DNA of 64,000 nt from Ruditapes philippinarum (taxonomy: Eukaryota), in contig NW_026863809.1 of the NCBI RefSeq assembly GCF_026571515.1, forward strand, positions 1-64,000. Direction: 5' to 3'. This document shows, in pieces, positions 15,168 to 29,600 of the stretch. Each line of letters starts with the position of its first letter. Positions within the stretch are counted from its first letter, which is position 1. The translations under genes were made by a program, and so were the position numbers. Below the pieces are notes generated by a model. That model made no database searches. It was not told the origin of the DNA and saw only the letters and a program-made list of their open reading frames with translations.

Positions 15168-17295
15168 CTATAGTCTGTCCCATTAAAAATGGAAATGAAC
15201 TTTTGCCTGGTATGAAATAACAAAACGACGTTGAATAAAAAATAAAACGTTTTTGTAAACTAAAAAAAAGTCACCCTCGAGATTTTTCATGAATCTGAAG
15301 ATTCCTACATTGCCAGTTTCTATCCAGATCCCATTTTTTTACTTTAAAACTCCTGAATGACATGACTCCTACACTTTTGATGCTCCAGATTTTTTAAACT
15401 GATAATCCGTCTCATTATTAAAACATTGTTCAATTTGTGGAGTTATCTTGGTTAGCAAATGAAATATGTAAATGAAACACATCATAATTCAGCATGTTCC
15501 AAATCCATAATTCAAGAACGGCCCATCAATTTTAGTGTCAACATCACAATGCTTATGGATTCCTGACGAAAAAAAACTTTATTACGTCAACAACAATTGA
15601 CGAAATATATAACGTAACAAAAATGCCTCGCGCTTTTTATGGATGATTTCAGTTGCGGCATTGACAGAGGGCGGTTAGGCATATGTAACCTCAAACAGAT
15701 AATTTTAAGGGTTGAGATAAATTTGTCTTGATGACATTTAAAATAATTTTGTTTACCCAGATTTTGCAACATAACTGTAAAAATTACACCTTCAGTTCAT
15801 ATATAACTTTTGATAACATTTAAAAATAATTTTAAACACACTTAATGACATGAATCTACAACAGTACAATATTATTTCCATTAATTACATATAACATTCG
15901 TTTTGATTTTATGTTTTTAAACTATTTTATATATTTCTCAGAAATAATTTCCCTACATATTATCTCGTTATTCAAGACTACTGTAAATCCTACTCTTTTA
16001 GCTACAACATATACAATACGCGGTATTTTTTCTGCCGCGAAAAATATGCTAGATCTATTGTTTTTTGTTTTTTTTTCACTGAATATTTTCAAATTTTAGA
16101 AAGGCTAAAATTATTGAGAACGTCACTCGGTGTTTCTCTTTGACTCATATAAACATAATAATTTTATGTTACACTTTGAGTCTACAAAAAAAAACACTTA
16201 TTGTCGCTTATTGAACACTCCAATTTAAACTTACTCCTAATAATATCAAATCACTGCCGGTATTTCTGGACATTTTGTTGAATTGTGAGACGGAAAGTTA
16301 CATCTGTATTTACGAGCTAAAAGTGTATAGGCCTACGTTTGATTGCTTAAACTAGAAAGCATGATATTATATTCTTATAATTTACATTTTCCTCGAACGC
16401 GAGTCTGTGTTCTCTCGTTAGCGAGGGAGTTAGTTAAAGTAGACACTGCGGTAAAAAGCAAACCAATGCTGAACGTATAGTGAATCAGTTTTCCATTCTT
16501 TATATTTTTTGTCAGATTTGTATGATAATGTAGTATTTGTTGGTGATTTCTTGTGAAAGTTGAAACCTACGGAAAGTTTTAGCGCACGAACATCGCACCC
16601 GGAATAAGAAGGGTAACATATTTTTGTATCCCATCGAACCTGGTCAATTTATTTATTTTTGAATAGACGTGATACACACTTATGGACAGAATTCGTTGCG
16701 GTATTCAAGATGCGCACTTGATTTAAAAGCTATCTAATATCAAATCACTTCATTGTTTTTTTTCTCTAAAAAAATATATTATACGACAGTATACTAATAT
16801 CATGGTAATTAATTAAATCTTTGCGTAGAATTTATAAAGCTTACTGATATTTTCACTTCAAATGATTTTGATTATTTTAAATAATGGTCTGCTAGTAAAA
16901 TAATTTACTAGCAATTATTGCCTTTTTGACACCAACTTTGTTGTCATTTTTCATATTAATGATAACATTAAAATTTTAGCTATTGGTCAGTAAGTAAATA
17001 AGAATTATATTTTTTTTATAATTACCGAGTACATTTCACGCTAATTGTGAGACGAACCCTAAATGACGTCTATATGGGCGCCGCCATTTTGAAATGGAAG
17101 TCACGTCAGGTTACAACGTAAGTCAACGGGAAAAAATTTTTTTTAACATTTTGACCATATTGCTGACTTTATGAAAAAAATGAAAAACATGCCTAGAGAT
17201 ATTGACGTCAGTGTTAAGATGACATTTATTTAAATGATTTTACTATTATATTAAATAAAAAATGGAATGTTCAAATTTGATGGGACAGACTATAG
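15168..17295. mobile_element. Non-autonomous TIR DNA transposon (~2.1 kb), superfamily uncertain
   Basis: 16-bp perfect inverted ends CTATAGTCTGTCCCAT / ATGGGACAGACTATAG; no transposase ORF inside. Confidence 0.7.
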
Positions 17296-20200
17296 GATAG
17301 CTATATATATACTGTATATTATTCATACCAAGCATAATTTCTGTCATTTCCATTTTGATAAGATAAATTATGTAAAGAGTTTGACAGATTAAAAATTTAG
17401 GTAAGTTTCAATTCTTTTGTTTTCTTAAAATGCAATAAAGTGAAATATTTGTTCTTAACACTTCTTGATGACTCATGTGAAAATCAATTAAGAAGATAAT
17501 GGTATAATGGCGCATTTACCTGATTTCCCATCGGCAATCATATTTATTAAAATATTCATGACGCAAATTCTCTAAATGGACATTGTTTGAAATAATCGTC
17601 TGCATCTGTTTCTGCATATAGTTTTCTTATAATTATAGATTACCTAACTTATCTGATAAATAATTCCAATTACTATTACATTGCATTTATAATATGTGCT
17701 ATAGCATGATTGTTGCCGAAAAGTATCCCTCTTGTCACTTCAAAGAAAACAAATATTTTCAAGCATCACATCTTCTTTTTTTTAAATTTCCTTCTTATTT
17801 AGTATATTGAACATCTTGGGATGCAATTGTAATATCTTGAAAATGCAATTATTATATTTAGGTTCTTTACTATTATGCATATTGTTATACATCTATTGGC
17901 TCTGCATCAATAATAATTAATCACACTGATGAAATTCTCTACCATACCTTGATGTAAATCGGTATAAAAATAAGTAATCAACATTCTTGAAATTGAAAAA
18001 AACATGTGTACATGTACAGACTCAATCAAACCGAGTCTGTGATGCAATTTCATGTAATTATGTTGTGATTAATGCTACTTTGTTTCCAAATTTTTGTCTT
18101 TTTATACGGTTATGAAGTATATATTTTTATACAAGTTATTCTGTCATTGCCAATATTACCTGATTGCTTGAATATTAAAAGAAACAGTGTACAAATTTTA
18201 AAAGGAATCTCATGACGTTGACTTAGACACCTGCAATTTATATTGAAATGGAAATGGTGCTTCGTTGTAACATCTCTATATTCCTGAAATAGATTAAGAT
18301 ATCTGTATACAAATTGGATGCTTCTGACATGAATTCGGGAGTCACAGTAAGCATCTACATATTGGCATAAAATACAAAATGATGAGCTCAGTCTTAAACA
18401 AACTTTTTCTAAAATTGTGTTACGTAACAATTAAACGTAGAAAATAAAATTAAATCATTTATCATAGGAAAAGAAAAATTTAATAGCAATAACTCCATCA
18501 TAAAATATTTATTTAGGGAAAGTCGTTTAAAGAAAACAAAATGATGACATTCAATCACATTATATGCAAATATTACGTCAATTGGTGTATGTAATTATTT
18601 CTTATCAAAATGATTAATTAATGTGCATTTCTCCTGCTATGCGATGCTATTTACTGTGTTTTTTTCCCAACAATCGATCACTATATATTAATCTGTATAG
18701 AGCCGATCGACTAGAACTGTTATCAGATCCGTTCCAGCTGAGAAAAAGAAAACAAATCGTGTTCTATTGCGTTTAGCAAAACTGTCGTAATCAGTTATTT
18801 AAGCCTCTTCCTACATGGCTGTCGTTTTTATTAATGACGTCGAAGTCGTAAACAAATAACACGATGGAAAACGCTGATTGTTTGAAATAACATACAAAAG
18901 ACTCGTACGTGTGACACGCCACTTTGTCGAATCATACTGACACCGGGATTGCATTTCTATTAATTATAAACAATTCAGTTTTATTGTGATGATGTTGTGA
19001 GTGAACGGTTTTTTTACAATATGCATTGATATGAGATGTATCAAATAGAAAAAAATACATTAATTTTGTTAATTTGGAAAGTGTCTTTCAATACACAGCG
19101 AAAACCATAGGACTGGTGCAAAAGTTGCGAATTTGGTATAAACATAAACTTAAGGAATTAAAAAAGGACATAATAATTCTCTTTGAAATTTCTTCCAACA
19201 AAGATTAATAACTTGAAGTATCATTTTGAATTAATGAAATATATATTGACTTAATTTTCCTTTTATGTATGGTCTTCTTTACGTTGAAATTAATAAAACG
19301 ATGTCATTAACTAACCATTGTATTAGTCTATTAAATATGTCATGCCATAGAATAAATGAATCCGTTCAGACATAACAACGTCCACACACACACAGAGTTA
19401 TATATACAGATGTTGTTTACAAGTGTGGATTATGAACATGTATAATATATATTTATATAGCATATGATAAAATGTTCTAGAATAAAATAATACTATCCAT
19501 TAAGTAAATGTCCATTCTAAATCACTTAGAACTTTATCAACATTTCTTTTTAAGCAATATATTTATATGATTTTACAAAAGATACACTTATTTTGCTTTT
19601 ATCATTATTAATGGAGAATGCGCCCATTGGAGACCAATTGACTAAAATACAACGTTATAGATTAACATCAGATTCTAATTTTGTGTTACAACACTTTTTT
19701 ATTAAAATATGCTTCAGTAAATAAACGTCCAGACAACATTATCTTATGTATCCATCTTTAACCTAATGCTTTCTTAATCATTTCATGTCTTATATTGTCT
19801 CGATAATCAATGTGAAAACTGTTATGATGTCTGGTTTTTGTGTCCTTTAAGTGTAAGAATGCCTTAGAATTACTGTTTACTCAATACTTGAGTTAATAAG
19901 AAACAATCTTTATCAAGCTTACAAATTAACGATTTTACCATTTACCTAGACATCTGAAACACAATGAAACAAATATGACATTACAATGATACAAGTAGGT
20001 GATCATAATGACAACTTAGTTAACATTGAAGTGTACTAAGTATAACGAGTTTTTTAAGGGATAGGTGCCTTGCTGTTAAGAAACAACAACAGAAAGCATG
20101 ATATTATATCTTCATTCAACCTAAATGTTATACAGATAAGAATTAATAGAACACCATATACCATTGTTATATAATATTGATATAAATCATGTTCTGTCTA

Positions 20201-23200
20201 TTAGGAGTTATGTCAAAATCAAACAAAACTGATTTCCCCTTAATTTTAAAGTGCAAATCGACTAAACTGCACTCAATGTCTAGAGTAGATTTTTCTATGG
20301 AAGAATAATTAAGCAAAAACATTGAAAGAGGTTTCTTGGTATTTTTCCTTCAGTTCAATACATAAAATATGAGGGACATATTGAGTGAATTATTTGCTTT
20401 TCATATTAAATATTTTACAGTCACAAAAAGCATATTGTCTGTAGAAATTTGGACAATAACGAATGTATTGCTTCCATCAACTCTTTTAATTGTCGTAATT
20501 CCTGAACGAACGGTGGTGTCGGTATGAACATAATACTAAAACATTGAGAAATGGAATATAAATATAAAATTTGAAATTTTCTTCAACATTTGTTTAAGCA
20601 TCTTGATGTAATAATCTGTTTAGCTGTTTTCCAAACGTTAAAATATCAAAAGATTTTGCGGGTACACTGATATAAGATAATGTGGAGAAGAAATGTGAAA
20701 GTATTCCATTCTTTTCATTTAAATGTATTCACTGAATTATGTCATAATACATGATAATATTGTAAAGCATTTTTCTTCCGCTTCATAATAATTTCAATGA
20801 AGTTTTAGTCCCTTCAGGAATATGTAACCCTATCTCATTTTTAGAGATGATGAATGTTCCTTAAAATATTGCAGGCAAAAATTTACAATTTTAGGTCATT
20901 CCTTCATTTAAGATTTCCTTAATGCAGTGTCACATGATACTTCGTCTAATACATTCTTTAATTTCCATTGCAACATAAAGATTCTCTTAGGCGACAAAAT
21001 ATGGTTTGATACTACTTCAGACATTTTCGGAAAACAGCAAGGGATAAATTTCATTATTTTTAAAAAAAAAAACCTTTTTTATCCCTTATTTTTAAATTTA
21101 TATTTTATTTAAAATGATTTTTGTTAAATTTTGGCAACGTGTTTTTGAAAAACACCAAATTTTTTCCCTTTCAAAATTTTTCCCAAATAAAATGCTTTTA
21201 AAACGAAACATCAATTTGAAAACTTAAACTTATTGAAAGTTTAAGTAAGCACATCCAGTTTAAATTTTCTTAATATTTATGCATGTACAAATATCTTTTA
21301 CAAGAAAATGACATCTCGCCCCAGACCTAGCATTTTAATTTTGATGAAACATTAAAGTCAAAATACAAGTAGGTGTATCTATGAAATAACGTTTGTTTTA
21401 AATATTAATGTAATTTAACTTTGACGGATTTTAATATATGTTCATGTCTAAAGTGGTCAAAATCTTGCCCATAACGTACATTCACAGGAAGCAGCCCCTG
21501 CCACACCCAAGCTATCACAGCAGGGCACACAGAAGGCACCAAACCCAAACCTGGAGTCGACATAAGGGCAGCGAAACGAGAGGGACAAGTAATGTGTGAA
21601 ATAATTTTAACAACTAAAATGGATTTTCTTAAAGAGAAATTGATCAAACGATAAACTTCAAAAATATTAGATATGGTTAAATGCTGATGGTAAGTGTGAG
21701 ATACAGTACCTCATGTCTGTATACATCAGATAATTAAAATATTATTTAAAAAAAAGTATGTTTGGTAAAAAAAAACTGTTCTAACTAAATCACTTTGAAG
21801 TCTGTTAAAAGTATTTCTAAATAACAAAATTTATGAATAGAAAATGATAGATTCTATATATTTTTTTACCAATGTATAAATACGTATGGAAAATTTTATT
21901 TGCCCATTGTAGACAAATTAACTGAAATTAATTGTTTGATATAATAGATAGTTATATTAAGTTTTCTATTAATATTTTTAGTTTCGTGTTAATCAAGTAT
22001 GTGTACGGTTTTGTTATTGACAAAAAAGGATAAAATAATGTAAGGTAAATATATAAAGGGCAATTATCCAAGAACGGATCCATAAATAGCTATGGTTCTC
22101 TGCATTTTCCATTTTCACTATATGCCCTCTGACTTCTGTTTCAAGTGACATTATAAATGTACAACATTACTACTTATGTTTTAAAAGTAATTGACACAAG
22201 AAAATAAAAAAAAGAATAATTCTGTTCATCACAACTTTCATTCATTTCAAGCGCATGACCCCAGACAAAATCCATAAACATTTCCCTATGCAACAATTAC
22301 ATTTTTATATATAATTTCGATCGAAATAACAATAAATTGAGTCTAAATTCCATTCTAATAACATTATCACTTAATCTTAATTTGATACGATATATAATGC
22401 ATTGTCCGTTAGGAATTCTCTCAGCGATTGATTGTATGATATTATATGATATTTTAATAAATATAATATTTGCTATATAAATTTCATTATCACAAAACAG
22501 ATAACAGTGACGTTTGTATTCTATGCTATGATTTAGATCTGATTTTATCATTTTGAACACAAATACATATTAAGAGACGCAAACTAAAACAGACGACATT
22601 TAATCACGTTATCTTAAAGATACACTGTGATATTTAACTATTTAGGAAACTGATAACATTGTTGTCAAATACTGGACAGTTCAAGTTCAAATGCGTATAA
22701 ACACAATCACGAAGGCTGATCTATAATATGTAATTACAAAGCATTAAAACAATAAAGTGTGAATAATCATACTTTAATACAAGAAAAATCCATTCAACTT
22801 CCATTCTCAGACTAATATTATGATTATAAAACAATAATTGATAACCTATGTTTAAGTACATTTAGCATAGTGAAGAAGTGATTTTCCTAACGTCATTTGG
22901 TTTGCTGACGTCAAATTGAGTGTTATACATTCGCTTTTATACTATGCATATATCGTGTATTAAAGCACTTGATAATAAAGCGTGTTACAATTTTTCATTT
23001 GGCCATATTGCTTTATATTTGGAGTGTATCCGAAATAATTATCTGTCATCTCCTTTAAAAAAGTTACATATAAGGAAAGGAAATGGTCTGTGTAATTTTC
23101 AAACAAATCATAATTATACAACTCTCCTTGTACTTTATGCATTTGAAGTTCTATCGAAATATGAAAGAAATGTTTGTGTGAAAAAAAAGAGTTCGTTATA

Positions 23201-24997
23201 TACTGTTGTTATCACATATACTGATTCTATTGGTTCCGAACAGAACAGCAACACCTATACCAGACTAAGCCTGTGCCTTGCCCAATATGTTGACAGCTGA
23301 ATAGTCTTTCACTAGATAGTAAATTTATATTATTGTACCTGAATACATCAATAACAAATGTTTAGATTAGTATATACAGCAAGTAGATTATATATCATAA
23401 AGTCATTATATTTGAAATAGACTAGTACATAAAACATTTTGCAGTTTTGAGAAAACATCGGAACGTGTTATTTTAGGCTACATTTGAAACAGAATCAGGC
23501 ACTGGTTGCTATGGATTAATTTAAAATACAATCGAAAGGATAATAAGAAATAATAAGGAACTATGCTAAGGTTCAATATAAATTTGAACAAACTGATTTA
23601 TATATCTAACGATTTAAAACGTTTTGTAGTTGCGACGTACAGTTAATTAATAAAACGATACCATAAACGCGATGTCTTTAAAATATCAAACAAATAATCT
23701 TTTATTTATGTTTTTTTTTCTTTTCGTTTTTTTATAGTTTGACGTTTACTTCAATGAAACATTTAGTTTTGTATTGCATATTTGATTATCATTTCAAAGA
23801 GCCTTTGAAATCTTTCTCTGATGATGACTAATCTAGTTATAAAGATTCATGTTCCCTGAGCTTTGTAATTTATAAAATAATTGGGCGCAGCTGTCTTTCA
23901 ATAGGAAAATGATATTGCTGTTATAATTCAAATGTTATTTGACAACATGCATATACTTAATTGATTTAGTTTACATGATTTGCATTTCCTTTTGAAATCC
24001 AATTATAATATACCATTACAGACAAAATAAATAAATCGTGATTTCGCATTAAGTTATTTAGAAAAAAAACTGAAAATATTGATATGGAAATAGATATTAA
24101 ATTCACATTAGACCATGTTTTAACACTTGCTATTGAGCACGTAATATGTTTCCCACGTGAAGATAAAAACATTTAATGTAAAAATAATTTCCCATAAATA
24201 AATCACCTTCAGCTTGATAATAGTGATATTCATGATATTCAGTTTTTGATGCCAAATTTACAATGACATAGACTTCACTTATTGTCACGAGAGAGCAAAA
24301 GAAGGTTCAGCTATATTGCCGATGTGTACCAGAATACTTAAAAGACTTTCTAGTGTATATTGACGTGTTGATCAATCACAATTAAAGTTCTCTACAATAA
24401 TATTGGCGAAACAATGTGCTTAAACTTCGAGTATATACGCATTTCATATAAATTATTAGCTTCACTATTTAAACTCATCTTTTAGTGTAAGGATTATCGT
24501 AGATTTGGCTTTATAGCAATCATATTCATTTACTAGATAAAATGTAAATATAGAATTTATTGAAAATTTACCTGTCAGCAGAATCGATGTTCCATTATAA
24601 CCAAAATAGTTTTCATTTCGACGTTCAAACTGTTTCCATTTTCCTGTCATCTCAACTTTATAGAAAAGCAAATGTAGTTTCCTGGGCATTTATTTGTTAG
24701 TAATGTATGTCTTACACTTAAGCTATTAAGAAATAGACTAAAATTAACGGTTATGCACTGGTCGTGTTATCGTTTTTCTTTAAAGGGACATCACTGAGGT
24801 TTTTCACATGATTGGTTTGCAAATGTATTTTTTGAGATCTTTTAAACAATTCATGTAGGTATTAACCACCTATGTCAGATCATTCGCGTTTTTTTGTTTT
24901 ATATAAGAAAATATAAATAGCTAGATCTTCCAATTATCGTTTATATTAAAGTAAAATTTGACGTAAATGACATGAATGATAAATTTTTGGAGCGACA

Positions 24998-25284
24998 TTG
25001 TTTGTTTTGTTTGTTTGCTTTGGGTTTTACGTCACATCGACACAGTATAGGTCATATTGCCACGTTCCAGCTTTATTGGTGGAGGAAGACCTCAGGTGCC
25101 CTTCCGTGCATTATTTCAGGCACGAACGGGCACCTGAGTAGTAGAACCACCGACGTTCCGTAAGCTAGCTGGAGAGCTTCCTCACATGAAAGAATCCAAA
25201 GTCCCTGTCGGGATTCGAACTCACAGCGGTGAGGGGCGAGTGGTTTGAAGTCAACGACCTTAACCACCCGGCCACGGACGCCCC
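24998..25284 (-). mobile_element. tRNA-derived SINE, Meta-core-like, full length
   Basis: Minus strand: GGGGCGTCCG, A box TGGCCGGGTGG, B box GAGTTCGAATCC, core CAGGTGCCCGTTCGTGC...GCACGGAAGGGCACCTGAGGTCTTCCTCCACCA, tail TGACGTAAAACCC then (CAAA)n. Confidence 0.9.
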
Positions 25285-26419
25285 AACATCTTTATCTTGG
25301 AGAGACATAAATCGCCCGTCGCTACTTACTGGCTTTCCACATCTTGAATATTGTACTTTTCGGTACAGGCACTTTTTAAGATATGTTTGTATAATACTGT
25401 GTAAATGCAAATAAAAGATCATTCCTGTGAAGTGTGGTCAACATTCACATAGTGGTAAAGTAAGATATGTTGTTAAATATGAAATTAACTTTGAAAGACT
25501 GAAATAATTCTAAGGAAATATAATTGAATATAGACGGCTGAAGCAGGGTAAGCTTTATTTCCCTTTAAAAGGCATATTACGCCTTATAAAATAATACGAT
25601 TTATTTGCATTTAAGGCAAACCAATGTTTAATGATGCTCTTCTAATGATTTGTATAGATGTCAGATGTGACATGTTCGTTATATTTCGAATAGACAAACA
25701 TTAACGTGAAAAAAAACAAACAAAAACAAACAAACAACAACAACGAACAAACACATGTCACAAAAATACCTATCAAAACGTACGCACAACAGTAGTGATT
25801 TGACTTCAACTTAAGCATAAACTACAATACTCAATAGCTAATGTACATCAATTAATAAGTAGAAGACTGTCCATTTATTTTGCGAATCATATCTTTTCAG
25901 AAATTGTTACATACATTTTAACAATAAAAAATGGTAATCTTTTTAAAAAATAACTTATAACAGACGTTTACTTTATATTTTTTAAAAGTTTTAAATAAAC
26001 ATGGTGAATATGACAGAAAGTAAAAGGATTAATATATTCAATGTCTTGTAAAATATACACAGGCGAACAATATGTGTATCCGTAGAATAAAATGAGAAAA
26101 AAATAAATAAAGGACAAATAAGAAATAATAATAATAAATAAAAGGAACACGTCAAGTTTTTCTACTAAAAAGATCACCTGTCGTTAATAATGACTTCGTG
26201 ATTTATGTTTAATTGCGAGCATTGAGAAGTTCTACAGAAATCCGATGAATGTAACTATAATATCATTATAACCAGTACTTCATAGTCGAATATTCCCAGC
26301 ACGAACTATCATATGCATTGTTCTTTGACATGTTCGTGGCCTTGTTTTAATGTCTCATTTAGGAGCAAAACATTGAATTAAATTTAAAGATACATCTAGA
26401 AAACGAAAAATGTCCTAAC

Positions 26420-26670
26420 TTAATAATCACTTTTGTTGTCACTACTGTCCTCACTTTCCTCATCGTCCATTTTAAGCTCAATTACACAATTAGTACCTTG
26501 GTACATCGGTAAATTCAACTCATATTTTTGTTCAAGTGTTTTGGGGACAATCCGACCTCCAAGATAGTGATGTTTGCCTTTAAAAAACTTTGCACAGTTT
26601 TTAGGAGCGATAAGAGAAATAAGCATATCTGGTTTCAGTCCATTTTCATCGCCGGACTCGATATCCCATC
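26420..26670 (-). CDS. NAXE: NAXE-A exon 6 (to stop)
   Basis: cag|GA TGG..., (G)[42 protein letters not shown]...[15 protein letters not shown]. Confidence 0.93.
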
Positions 26671-29600
26671 CTGAAACATGGAAATAGCATTAACTACTCG
26701 AATGAATTCAAATGAATATCGTAAAATTAATATAGTTAGGCACATATTTAATGTCATGGTTTTATTGCACAATTCCAGGTCCTAGTCTTAAAATAAAAAC
26801 AAAAACTCTTGATGTATTTTTAAGTTTTAAATATGTATCAACATTACGTGAATCATTTATAATCAAATGTATACGTTCTTCAATGATATATAACAAAACA
26901 TTTCATTTATTAAATAAAATAATAAAATACATGATATGCTTTATTAGTCTTATGCAATAAAAACTGTTATTGATTCCCAAATTAAGCTAAAATCCTAAAT
27001 ATATAAATGCATACAAATAAAGTAAGATTTTTTTAATGAAAATATTGACCAAATCTTAAATAGGACAGATTTACCTTTTGAAAGTTATTAAACATATCCA
27101 TACCTTCAATTAACATATATAGTATATACAAAAATGCTAAATAATACGAGTATGTCAGAGAAATATGAGGTTCATGTATTAAAACAAAATAATGTCTAGC
27201 GTATTACACACAATAAATGCAGGGCCTGTTATCATTAAAGTATTAAACAGTCCGTTCCTTGATGTTTTGCCAAAAGTGGTATTAAAGTTTTTGAGACAGG
27301 TATTTACCAGTACAATATAAAACCTTATGTGCCCGAGAAAAAGCTTATTCTTAAACAATTAGCTGTATATGTTAATTAATTGGAGTTGCGAATTGACGTA
27401 ACATTGTCAGAATATTTACATACCCGATGGTACATCTATGCTGCAAATTGGTGATTCGACTTTCTTTAAAGTATCCATTACAGACTCGAAGTCCGTTCTT
27501 ACAGGGCCTGTCGAGAGAACAAAATTAAAACGACAGTCATTCTATATTTTGTTCAAAAGAGCAACGATTTTGTGTTAGTCACTTTCTTAAATACTTATTA
27601 ACAATGGTATAATTTAAAACAAACAAAAAAATCGTAAAAAACTATACTTTATTACATTATAAGTGACAACAAATAAGCTAAAAATAATTTGATGTGTTCT
27701 GTGGCTACAGAAATTATGATTTTAGACTCACAATACAATTAAACAATTTGCGTATATAATACATAATTATAAACCACATAATGTGCGTTTATTTGCTTGG
27801 TTTGTTTGATTGAGTGACTGGTTAGTTGGTTGAAGGTCATACCGACACTGCAATGGTCATGTGATTTGAATGAATATTTCGTAAAATTCAACATAACGAA
27901 GCTCCAAATTACCATCAAAGTTTAATCCAAATAATGCATCAACGACGAAATTGTATGAGTCTGTAATAAGATGTGCTTCTGACGGAAAGAATGATAATAA
28001 AGGCATGTCCAAGCCTTCGCATTGTTTATACAGGCGGTTAAATAGAGGCTTGTTCGGTCTCTTTGGATAAAATATTGTTGGCTTATATCCCTGCAATAAA
28101 TACAACAGAAAACACAAAACAGGAGTATACGCATAAAATGTAGATGTAAATTATTTGTATTGTTTTTGTCCGCTGAAGGTGCAAATCCTTATGCTTTCAT
28201 TTAATATGATAATAATTAGTACTGGGTTTACTTTTTCCACTTTTTATAGCAATGTTTATTCAAAAATAACAGATGTAAATGTAAAGCAATTGATAACAAC
28301 AGTGGCTGTAAACAAGTGATGATAACAATAATAACACCAACAAGGTTAATTCTCATATGGATCGAAATATGTGGGTATAAAATATAAAAAAGAACAAATA
28401 TTTGATTTCAATTATATGGTTGAAATGATAGAAAATAAAAGACAAAACTTGCAGGCACAGATACAGTACATCCTAATACTACTATATCAGTAGTGCAGAA
28501 AAACTAAAAACTATAACATACATCAGACGACGGACATTCAACGATCCTAAAAGCTCATCCTGAGCTAGCTCAGGTGAGCTAAAAACAAATATTTAATTAA
28601 AATCATCTTTGGTTTAAATGATAGCAAATAAGAAAATGAAAGACAGAACTTGCACGCACAGCTACTGTACATCTAAAACTAATGTATTGGTAGTGCATAA
28701 AAACTGAATAAAATACAAACATTAACATACAAACATTTTCAGATGTCTGGCACACACAAGTCCATCCCCGCCATTATTTCCAGGTCCACAGCAGACAAGG
28801 ACAGCATGGTTATCTTTTGTCATCTTTTCAACAGGGTAACACTTAAAAACATGTTATTTGTATAAAAGTAACCAACAATTTTTTAATCTAAGCATGCAAA
28901 AAATACATGAGATTATTAAAGAGTTTTATGCACATCGCTTTTTTATACAATATGGTAAATACTGCGTCTGTACTGCCACGCTTTTAAAATTATTCAAGAC
29001 ACATTAATCATGTTGGCGTAAAATTAGTAGCCTTTGATCTTTTGCAAAGTGTAGAGCAATCGATAACTGCGGTGCTTCATTATAAGCAACCTTTGTAATA
29101 GTGTTTATATCAATCTTATCAGAAAATAATTGTCAGTTCTCCAGAATCATAAGAAGAATAGGCATTTACTAATTGCAAAGACAATATCAAATATTCTTAA
29201 GGAAAGGTTTTTACAAAGGGTAATTTAATATTGAACATTTATAACATCGTATCATAGAAATTGCTGATTTCTTTTGATCATTGCCTCCAAGAAAATAAAG
29301 CTATATTATAAATAAATAAATTTCTTTTAAGGAAAACAACGTAAAACATAAAAAGCAATAGTAAAACTCAAGAGTGAACTATATAAGTAATAACTCACAT
29401 TTGCTATGGCAACAGCACAACTATATCCCGAAAGCTCCATAAGTTGATCAACATTAAAGGCATATTCTGTAAATAATTCTTGTTCGATTTCTCTCGCCTC
29501 TTTCTGACTGAAACAATAAAGACATCCAATAAGTTTGTCGTCAAATTCAGATCTTGTTTAAACATTATATTGGTTTTATCACAGCTCTGTAACTAATTAA

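Noticed and set aside
21011-21028. 18-nt exact inverted match to 34545-34562
   Set aside because: No flanking similarity; a match this long is plausible by chance in 64 kb of AT-rich DNA.
20290-21030. Degenerate coding-like minus-strand stretch
   Set aside because: Many stops and no motif I can assign to a family.
2154-24172. Remaining short ORFs in the track
   Set aside because: 60-126 aa, AT-driven composition, no family motifs or consistent splice structure.
24972-25422. Four overlapping ORFs
   Set aside because: By-products of the GC-rich SINE.
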